Assembly (NCBI GenBank): GCA_039811685.1
Contig: JBDHZC010000001.1
Location: 768,001-832,000 of the forward strand
Source: Armatimonadota bacterium
Lineage (GTDB): Bacteria > Armatimonadota > UBA5829 > DSUL01
Length of the DNA stretch: 64,000 bases
Direction of reading: 5' to 3'
Below, in pieces: positions 56,916-64,000 of this stretch (position 1 is the stretch's first letter; each line of letters opens with the position of its first letter). The notes under the pieces are model-generated. The model was not told where the DNA came from. It ran no database searches and saw nothing but the letters and a program-made list of their open reading frames with translations. The translations under genes were made by a program, and so were the position numbers.

Positions 56916-58178
56916 CTAGCTCCGGATCTGCCCATTTCCGTAGCAGACGTACTTGACCGTCGTCAGCTCTTCCAGCCCCATCGGCCCGCGCGCGTGCAGC
57001 TTCTGCGTGCTGATTCCTATCTCCGCTCCCAGCCCGTACTGGAATCCATCAGTGAAGCGAGTGGATGCGTTTACATAGACAGCCGCTGCGTCAATCTCGT
57101 GTTCAAAGCGCTGAGCCGCGTTGTAGTCCCGCGTCACAATGCAATCCGAGTGTTTGCTTCCGTAAGTATTGATGTGCTCAATCGCCTGATCCAGACTATC
57201 CACCACACGGATCGCGAGAATTAGCCCAAGATACTCTGTGGCCCAGTCCTCTTCAGTCGCGGCCACCGCATCAGGGCAGATCCGGCGCACAGTCTCGTCC
57301 CCCCGAATCTCCACACCGGCCTCCCGCAGGCGGTGACACATTCCCGGCAGAAACTGCTCGGCTATGTCTGAGTGCACAAGAAGAGTCTCCATCGCGTTGC
57401 AGACTCCACAGCGTTGGACTTTTGCATTGAAAGCAATGTCCTCAGCCATCTGAAGATCTGCGCTGGAATCCACGAACGTATGGCAATTCCCGACGCCCGT
57501 TTCGATGACCGGTACTTTCGCGTTTTGTACGACGCTCTGAATCAAGCCCGATCCGCCCCGCGGAATAAGACAGTCAATGAGGCCGATGGCTTCCATCATG
57601 GCCGTCGCCGCCGCGCGGTCAGTCGTGGGGACAAGCTGGATGCAGTCCTGAGGCATCCCGGAGCGTACAGCGGCCTGCGCAATCACATCCGCCAGGACAA
57701 GATTGGAGTGGATCGCTTCCTTTCCTCCCCGCAGAATCACAGCGTTGCCCGACTTCAGACACAAACCTGCGGCATCCACAGTCACGTTTGGACGAGACTC
57801 AAAAATGATCCCTATCACACCGAGCGGCACGGACACTTTCTTGATGTCCAGGCCATTGGGAAGACGCCAGCCACGATTGACGCGCCCGATCGGATCCGGA
57901 AGCGCAGCAAGCTGATTCAACCCCTCGGCCATATCAGCGATTCTCTTTCCGGTGAGCGTGAGGCGATCAATCAGAGCTTCTGAGAGCCCACTCTCGCGCC
58001 CGGCTTCCAGGTCTTTGCGGTTGGAATCAATAATCCGGTCCTGGTGCTCTACCAGCGCATCGGCCATCGCGATCAGCGCTGCATCCTTCTCTTTGGATGA
58101 AGTCACTGCCAGGCGCGCCGCGGCTTTCTGAGCGCTGCGCGCCATCTGTTCTATTGAAGAATCAAGCTGTGTTGCCAT
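56916..58178 (-). CDS. proA: Glutamate-5-semialdehyde dehydrogenase
   Basis: ESRPNVT, LRGGKEA, CNAMETLLVH, NASTRFTDG, STQKLHARGPMGL. Confidence 0.97.
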   Translation of the reverse strand: MATQLDSSIEQMARSAQKAAARLAVTSSKEKDAALIAMADALVEHQDRIIDSNRKDLEAGRESGLSEALIDRLTLTGKRIADMAEGLNQLAALPDPIGRVNRGWRLPNGLDIKKVSVPLGVIGIIFESRPNVTVDAAGLCLKSGNAVILRGGKEAIHSNLVLADVIAQAAVRSGMPQDCIQLVPTTDRAAATAMMEAIGLIDCLIPRGGSGLIQSVVQNAKVPVIETGVGNCHTFVDSSADLQMAEDIAFNAKVQRCGVCNAMETLLVHSDIAEQFLPGMCHRLREAGVEIRGDETVRRICPDAVAATEEDWATEYLGLILAIRVVDSLDQAIEHINTYGSKHSDCIVTRDYNAAQRFEHEIDAAAVYVNASTRFTDGFQYGLGAEIGISTQKLHARGPMGLEELTTVKYVCYGNGQIRS

Positions 58179-58338
58179 GGAATACCCTGCTTGTCAATCA
58201 CATGCGCCTTTCGAGACTCAAACTGTGCCGGCCACACGCCAGCGGCAACAGCCAGACGAATCCCTGTCTTCGGCGCATACCAGAGCGTGCGTCACCCGCA
58301 AACTCTTCACGTCTTAGACGACACTGCCCGGGCACACG

Positions 58339-59442
58339 TCACACACCAACGACCAGATTGTCCCGGTGGATAACCTCATCGAACTCTTTGTGCCCAAGCG
58401 TGCGCTCAATCTCCGAAGAGCGCTTGCCCATAATCCGGCGCACCTCTTCCGAGTTGTAGTTTACAAACCCGCGCGCCACCCCGTCACCAGACTCATCAAC
58501 AACTAAAACAAGATCTCCGGGCGCGAAGTCACCCGACACGTCAATCACCCCGACAGGCAGCAGCGACTTGTTCTGGGATAGTAGCACATCGGCCGCATTT
58601 CTGTTAACCCGAATGCTCCCTCGGGCAGGCACAGCGAAAGCCATCCAGCGCTTGCGGCTGTTGAGGCGGCTGTTTTGCGGATGGAAGCGGGTGCCGACAG
58701 CCTCGCCGCGCGCCGCTCGAATGACGATGCCGTCTTCGCGCCCCTGAGCAATGATCATTGGAATGCCGGCGGCAATGGCCACCCTGGCGGCAGCGATCTT
58801 GCTGGCCATTCCGCCAGTCCCCCCGCGAGCAGAATCCCCGCCGCGGGCCATCTTCTCAATCTCCGGCGTTATCTCCTGAACTTCAGGTACGACATCTGGC
58901 GCTTCTCCTGCGCGCGGCCTGTGCCTGCACAGCCCTGGCACGTCCGTCAAGAGAATGACCAGGTCCGCGTCCAGATGAGAAGCAACCAGCGCTGCAAGCA
59001 TATCGTTGTCGCCAAATCTGATTTCCTCCACGGAGACGGTATCGTTTTCATTGACGACCGGGACTGCCCCTAAACGCAGGAGCGTAAGCAGGGTGTTGCG
59101 CGCATTCAGGTAGCGGATTCGGTCCGCAAAATCATCGCGTGTAAGCAGCACCTGCGCTGAGGCGATGCCAAGAGCATCCAGCGCCTGCGTATAAACCTGA
59201 TGAAGCAGCCCCTGACCGACTGCTGCCGCCGCCTGTTTTTCCGGAATAAGCTGCGGACGGCGCTTCAGGGCCAGACGGTCAACTCCAGCGCGGATCGCTC
59301 CTGAGCTTACTACCACAACCTGCCACCCAAGCTGGCGAACCTGCAGAACCTGATGGCACAGCTTCTCGATGTAGGCTCTGTCCAGCCGGCCATCCGCATC
59401 TGTCAGTGTGGATGTGCCTACCTTGACAATGAGTCTTTTCAC
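58339..59442 (-). CDS. proB: Glutamate 5-kinase
   Basis: VKVGTS, VSSGA, NENDTV, GDNDML, GTGGMASK, PUA domain, IHRDNL. Confidence 0.97.
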   Translation of the reverse strand: MKRLIVKVGTSTLTDADGRLDRAYIEKLCHQVLQVRQLGWQVVVVSSGAIRAGVDRLALKRRPQLIPEKQAAAAVGQGLLHQVYTQALDALGIASAQVLLTRDDFADRIRYLNARNTLLTLLRLGAVPVVNENDTVSVEEIRFGDNDMLAALVASHLDADLVILLTDVPGLCRHRPRAGEAPDVVPEVQEITPEIEKMARGGDSARGGTGGMASKIAAARVAIAAGIPMIIAQGREDGIVIRAARGEAVGTRFHPQNSRLNSRKRWMAFAVPARGSIRVNRNAADVLLSQNKSLLPVGVIDVSGDFAPGDLVLVVDESGDGVARGFVNYNSEEVRRIMGKRSSEIERTLGHKEFDEVIHRDNLVVGV

Positions 59443-59448
59443 GTGGTC

Positions 59449-60789
59449 TTATTCACTCTGGGACGCAGGAGCCACCTGCTCGCCAGCGGCATTCTCATCG
59501 AGCCAATCAAACTCAAAATCTCCGATGCGGACAGTGTCATCGTTACGTATTCCGAGACGGCGCAACTGCTTGAACACGCCAAGCCGATCCAGACGCTGCT
59601 GCAGCCTGCGAAGCGCCTGTTCGTTGTCAAGATCAGTCATCGCGACAATGCGCAGAGCTTCTCTGCCTTTCACAACAAACTCACCCGTCGCCTCGCGGTC
59701 AATCGTGAACGGCGCCTGCGGACCCTCTATTCGCACGACTTCGTCAGACTGAGCGCCGGCAACCTTCGGGGTCTGACGCACCAGTTCGGCGGCATCCCAG
59801 ACAAGCTGCTGAACCCCTTCCCCCGTCACCGTAGAAACCAGACGTATCAACTCCCCGCGTTCGGCAATTTCAGGATAGCGCAAAGGAAGCTCTTTGCTGC
59901 ATTCCTGCGCGCGCTGTCGAGCTTCTGGAATGTCAATCTTGTTGAGAGCGATGATCTCCGGACGCTCACCCAGATCGGAGCTGTAGCGCAACAATTCACG
60001 GCGAATGACGCCATAGTCCTCAAGCGGATCGCGACCTGTCAGTGGAGAGCAGTCTATAAGGTGGATGAGCACACGTGTGCGTTCAATGTGACGCAAAAAG
60101 CGGTGCCCCAGCCCTGCTCCCTCGTGCGCGCCTTCAATGAGACCAGGAACATCCGCCATTACAAAAGATTCCTCAGCGCTTACACGCACGACGCCAAGAT
60201 TGGGGACAAGTGTGGTGAACGGGTAGTCAGCAATCTTGGGCCGCGCGTTGGAAACTGCGGCGATGAGCGTGGATTTTCCAGAACTTGGAAAGCCGACAAC
60301 TCCGACATCCGCCAGCAGACGGAGTTCCAACCGCAGGCTGCGCTCCTCCCCAGGCTCACCCTTCTCCGCGTATTTTGGCGCCTGGTTCGTGGAGGATGCG
60401 AAGCTGGCGTTTCCGCGACCGCCACGCCCACCCCGGGCAACTACCTCCGTCTGGCCGTCAAAGACCAGATCGGCAATTACGCGCTGCTCATCGAGATCGA
60501 ATGCGCTGACACCAACAGGCACCCGGATTATCAGGGGTGACTGGCTGACACCAGACTTGTTATTGGTGGCCCCCCGTCCGCCGTCCGCGGCTTTGTAGCG
60601 CGACGAGTAGCGCAACTCGACAAGGGTGTTCAGACTCTGGTCAGCGAGGAGAGTGACATCGCCCCCAGCACCACCGTCGCCTCCATTTGGGCCACCGTGC
60701 GGGACGTGCTTTTCACGACGAAAGGTCACGGCTCCGTCGCCCCCTTTACCGGAAGCAACGTGAATCGTGACCTCGTCTATAAAATCCAT
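59449..60789 (-). CDS. obgE: Obg family GTPase with DUF1967 C-terminus
   Basis: GGDGGAGG, YPFTTLVPNLG, DVPGLIEGA, FLRHIER, NKID. Confidence 0.97.
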   Translation of the reverse strand: MDFIDEVTIHVASGKGGDGAVTFRREKHVPHGGPNGGDGGAGGDVTLLADQSLNTLVELRYSSRYKAADGGRGATNNKSGVSQSPLIIRVPVGVSAFDLDEQRVIADLVFDGQTEVVARGGRGGRGNASFASSTNQAPKYAEKGEPGEERSLRLELRLLADVGVVGFPSSGKSTLIAAVSNARPKIADYPFTTLVPNLGVVRVSAEESFVMADVPGLIEGAHEGAGLGHRFLRHIERTRVLIHLIDCSPLTGRDPLEDYGVIRRELLRYSSDLGERPEIIALNKIDIPEARQRAQECSKELPLRYPEIAERGELIRLVSTVTGEGVQQLVWDAAELVRQTPKVAGAQSDEVVRIEGPQAPFTIDREATGEFVVKGREALRIVAMTDLDNEQALRRLQQRLDRLGVFKQLRRLGIRNDDTVRIGDFEFDWLDENAAGEQVAPASQSE

Positions 60790-60840
60790 ATTCTGGCTGG
60801 TGAGCCCGGCCGCACAGCGGACGAGCGCTGGAGAAGCGCC

Positions 60841-61101
60841 CTAGACGCGCTCTGGAAGCACGCTGATGAGGCGACGGCTCTTCTCACTTCCCTCAAATTT
60901 TACGTAGCCGTCAATGAGCGCAAAAAGCGTGTGATCCCTGCCAAGTCCGACATTGCGCCCCGGGTGATGCGCCGTACCTCGCTGGCGCTTCAGAATGCTG
61001 CCGGCAGTCACAAACTCACCGCCAAAGGCCTTGACGCCCAGCATCTTCGGCTTGCTGTCCCGTCCATTTCTGGACGATCCCATTCCTTTTTTATGTGCCA
61101 A
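60841..61101 (-). CDS. rpmA: 50S ribosomal protein L27
   Basis: [30 protein letters not shown]. Confidence 0.98.
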   Translation of the reverse strand: MAHKKGMGSSRNGRDSKPKMLGVKAFGGEFVTAGSILKRQRGTAHHPGRNVGLGRDHTLFALIDGYVKFEGSEKSRRLISVLPERV

Positions 61102-61142
61102 TTCTTACTACTCCAGAAATCCGACTTTACCGCGTCAATAAT

Positions 61143-61451
61143 TCAGGCAATAGAGCCGACCGACAGCAGCGTCACCGCCTGACGATGACCGTAGTGCCGG
61201 TACTGATTCTTCTTTGCCTTGAACTGAAAACCGTGTATCTTGCGGCCGCGTCCCTGACGCACGATATTGCAGGTTACGCGAGCCCCCTCCACAAGTGGAG
61301 TTCCGACCCTGGTACCTGAATCGTCCGATACCAGAAGCACACGGTCAAGGACGATTTCGTCGCCCTTTTCTCCTGGCATGCGGTTAACTTCGACCTGCTG
61401 ACCCGGTTCCAGCCGATACTGACGGCCGCCACATTCAACTACTGCATACAT
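61143..61451 (-). CDS. rplU: 50S ribosomal protein L21
   Basis: MYAVVECGGRQY, GHRQ. Confidence 0.97.
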   Translation of the reverse strand: MYAVVECGGRQYRLEPGQQVEVNRMPGEKGDEIVLDRVLLVSDDSGTRVGTPLVEGARVTCNIVRQGRGRKIHGFQFKAKKNQYRHYGHRQAVTLLSVGSIA

Positions 61452-61604
61452 ATCTGTTTTGGTGTCCCTCAGACGTTTGCTCCCCTCAGAACCGGTGTAA
61501 ATAATGTCCCGAGCCGAAAGCTACAGAAAAGCTTGCCACATTGCGGCATCAAAGCCACACAAGGGGAAGCGGACGAGACCGCATCTCGCCCGCTCCAAGA
61601 AAAG

Positions 61605-61634
61605 AAGTTAGCATCTTTCGGGCGTCTTTGTCAA
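61605..61634 (-). promoter_or_regulatory. Sigma70 promoter for rplU-rpmA
   Basis: Minus strand TTGACA-N18-TAACTT with an extended TG; would give a ~145-nt structured leader. Confidence 0.55.
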
Positions 61635-61790
61635 CTCTCGCCAGACTTAGCTTATTCAGCCACAGCAACAAAGCTGCCTTCGGTGGCATGGTACAACGTC
61701 GCGAGGCCAGTCGAAGACGGCCGAAAGCGGCGGCCGGAAGGAGGAGCGCTTACCGCTGATCTCCCTCCGGCGCAGCTTCTGTATTTCAGA

Positions 61791-63482
61791 TTATTTCGCT
61801 GGTTGAAGCACTTCCGCACTCGCCCATGAGCGCCGGACGTCGGTCAACTTCGCCTTTACAGTCTGGCCGACGTATCGCCCGCCGTTGGTCAAATCCAGCA
61901 TATAGCCGTCCAACCAGGCAGTCGAATGAGGCAGAGTGACGTAAGGGTTACGCACGACGCTACACTCCACAACGGAATCCAACCTGGCCGTCATGTACGA
62001 CTTCTCGATCTGAGAAGGCGTACCCGGCAGGATCTCATACTTCTCCGTATGCAGATCTTCGCGCGCTCGAACGTAGACTTTGCGACCCAGACGCCGTTCG
62101 ATCTCTTCTACCGTCTCTCCGCGCGGACCCACCAGATGGTACGCGACTTCTGGATTGACGCTGATTACGAACGCCTGGGCGTCGGACTCGCTGGTAGCCT
62201 TGCGCAGCGCACGCTCAGCTTCAATGCTGATAGTAAGCGCTGAGGCCACCCGTCCACGCCCCTGACAATACGGGCAGGCTTCACCGACCACCTCCGAGAT
62301 GGTTTCTCCGGTACGCTTGCGGGTCATTTCAATGATCCCAAGTGGACTGATATGCGAGATCTTGGTTCGCGTGCGATCGCGTCGCAGAGCTTTCTCCAAC
62401 GTATTCACCACTTGCGTGCGATCCCGCGAACTTGTCATATCAATGAAGTCTATGACGATGATTCCGCCTATGTCTCGCAGCCTGAGCTGACGAGCGATTT
62501 CGGTTGCGGCATCGAGATTGGTTCGAAGAATCGTCTCCGACAGGCTTGTCGAACCGATGAACTTCCCCGTGTTGACATCAATAGTCGTCAAGGCTTCCGT
62601 CTCATCAATCGTCAGATTTCCGCCCGACTTCAGCCACACTTTGCGCCTGAGAAGTCTGTCAATCTCCGTCTCAATGCCATAGTGGTCGAAAATCGGTTCC
62701 GATTTTGTGTATCGTTGAACGCGATTCTTGAGCTTGGGCGACAACAGATCGAACAACTCCAGGGCTTTCTCGTATTCGTCCGGGCTGTCTATCACCATGC
62801 GATTGACATCCCCGCCAAAGACGTCGCGGATCGTCTTGTAGAGAAGGCTGAGGTCTTGATGAACCAGCCCGGGCGCCTGAGTCTTCTTTGCCTGTGTCTC
62901 AACCTGCGACCACAACTTCAGAAGGATTTCAAGATCGTTGCGCAACTCCTGCTCGGTCTTGCCTTCGGCTTCCGTTCGCACAATCACTCCAAAGTGAGAC
63001 GGTTTTGAGGCTTCCACAATTCGCTTGAGCCTGTCACGTTCGCGCGCCTCCGCAATCTTGCGGGAAACGCCGAGATTGTCGGATTCCGGCATGAGAACGC
63101 AGTAGCGACCCGGCAGAGAAATTCTCGTAGAGACTCGAGCTCCTTTGGTGCCGCGCGGCCCTTTGACCACCTGTACCATTAGCTCCTGCCCCACCTTGAG
63201 AACATCGCGAATCCCCAGCGAACGTCCGTTGGATCGCCGTCCTTCAAACTCTTCGTCAGCTTCAGCTATAACGTCGGCTACATAGAGGAAGGCGTTTCGC
63301 TCAAGGCCAATATCCACGAAAGCCGCGTCCATACCCGGGAGCACGTTGCAGACTTTGCATTTGAAAATACTGCCAACAACTCGCTCATCGCGCTCGATGT
63401 GCAACTCCACGAGTTTGCCGCTTTCCAGCAGCGCCACTCGCGTCTCACGCGTGTCGCAGTTTACGATTATCTCTTTAGACAT
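61791..63482 (-). CDS. rng: RNase E/G family ribonuclease with C-terminal TRAM-like domain
   Basis: AAFVDIG, KGAR, IDVNTG, RLRDIGGIIVIDFIDM, CPYCQGRG. Confidence 0.93.
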   Translation of the reverse strand: MSKEIIVNCDTRETRVALLESGKLVELHIERDERVVGSIFKCKVCNVLPGMDAAFVDIGLERNAFLYVADVIAEADEEFEGRRSNGRSLGIRDVLKVGQELMVQVVKGPRGTKGARVSTRISLPGRYCVLMPESDNLGVSRKIAEARERDRLKRIVEASKPSHFGVIVRTEAEGKTEQELRNDLEILLKLWSQVETQAKKTQAPGLVHQDLSLLYKTIRDVFGGDVNRMVIDSPDEYEKALELFDLLSPKLKNRVQRYTKSEPIFDHYGIETEIDRLLRRKVWLKSGGNLTIDETEALTTIDVNTGKFIGSTSLSETILRTNLDAATEIARQLRLRDIGGIIVIDFIDMTSSRDRTQVVNTLEKALRRDRTRTKISHISPLGIIEMTRKRTGETISEVVGEACPYCQGRGRVASALTISIEAERALRKATSESDAQAFVISVNPEVAYHLVGPRGETVEEIERRLGRKVYVRAREDLHTEKYEILPGTPSQIEKSYMTARLDSVVECSVVRNPYVTLPHSTAWLDGYMLDLTNGGRYVGQTVKAKLTDVRRSWASAEVLQPAK

Positions 63483-63488
63483 TTCTTA

Positions 63489-64000
63489 TCACCTCCTTTC
63501 TGTTTCAGATTTTGAATCGCCGTCGGTACGCAGAGCGCTTCGCTCCAAACTGAGCAGTGTCACGCTTCCTACCCGCACGGCTAAAGCGCCCAGCACGTCC
63601 TGCGGCCTGGCGCCAAACTTTTCATCCTGTAGCAATGTCATCCTCAGTACGGCCTCCATGCCGTCCACCTTTTCACAAATCAAACTCGCTATGCGAGATC
63701 GGACGTCTCTTGTGCCGCTTTCTCCACGTTCCACCAGCACATTCTCTGCCCTCAGAATCTCATCAAGCGCCGTTTTCAGCGCCATATCAGGGCGCTCCGG
63801 CGGCTCCTCCAACCGGATGCGCACGAGCCAGTCGCTGGATATCCGCGTTCCGAAAGTGCCTCGCCCGGATTGCGCAGTCCAGCCCTCAACTATCTCAACG
63901 CCTTCCGGCAGGCAACTGTTCATCCGCTCGATGAGATCGTCCGGCGCAATTCTCTCTGCTAGATCAAAAGCGGCCAGCTCCCGCAGGCCAGCAGCGCCAA
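63489..64000 (-). CDS. TIGR03936/DUF2344 radical-SAM-associated protein (5'-truncated by the window edge)
   Basis: Frame open to the edge (GAAGLRELAAFDL...LIERMNSCLPEGV...DVRSRI...ARPQDVL); conserved position upstream of rng. Confidence 0.75.
   Translation of the reverse strand, partial: GAAGLRELAAFDLAERIAPDDLIERMNSCLPEGVEIVEGWTAQSGRGTFGTRISSDWLVRIRLEEPPERPDMALKTALDEILRAENVLVERGESGTRDVRSRIASLICEKVDGMEAVLRMTLLQDEKFGARPQDVLGALAVRVGSVTLLSLERSALRTDGDSKSETERR

Noticed and set aside
61102..61142. Missing prp/ysxB protease gene between rplU and rpmA
   Set aside because: This is expected: L27 starts MAHKKG with no N-terminal extension, so Prp is not needed.
61725..61752. SRP (4.5S) RNA suggested by CCGGAAGGA
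   Set aside because: The flanking conserved CAGG and AGCAG of SRP domain IV are absent (GCGG/AGGAG here), and the long SRP hairpin does not form.

Overview
Gene-dense chromosomal segment (GC about 58-60% by eye) from a diderm bacterium. It is most likely Armatimonadota, inferred from the PEP-CTERM proteins ending GLVIRRRK, a prepilin/DUF1559 protein with an H-X9-DG tail and a shared C-terminal OB-like module. The right third is housekeeping: rng-rplU-rpmA-obgE-proB-proA-nadD-LCP-rsfS, leuCD and typA. The left two-thirds are accessory: ggt, an SDR, a phosphodiester glycosidase, three tandem PEP-CTERM paralogues, motAB, namZ, a 1412-aa Cys-rich repeat protein, an RND metal-efflux operon, sensory proteins and sugar oxidoreductases. 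No rRNA, tRNA, CRISPR array or mobile element was recognised. The best candidates for undescribed biology are four. (1) A CutF/CruR (DUF2946)-like exported CxxC leader ORF ends in LSPP, and its stop-codon region is exactly complementary to the RBS of a cupredoxin-fused RND operon whose pump has a rewired proton relay. (2) Two tandem paralogous ~75-80 nt sRNA candidates carry an anti-Shine-Dalgarno core and their own terminators, and one has a consensus sigma54 promoter. (3) A homologous promoter and a CGCAGA-loop leader hairpin precede all three PEP-CTERM genes. (4) A giant secreted protein has seven disulfide-rich, Ca-loop repeats plus a C-terminal module shared with another secreted protein in the window. 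All calls come from reading the sequence by eye; no database searches or folding programs were run.
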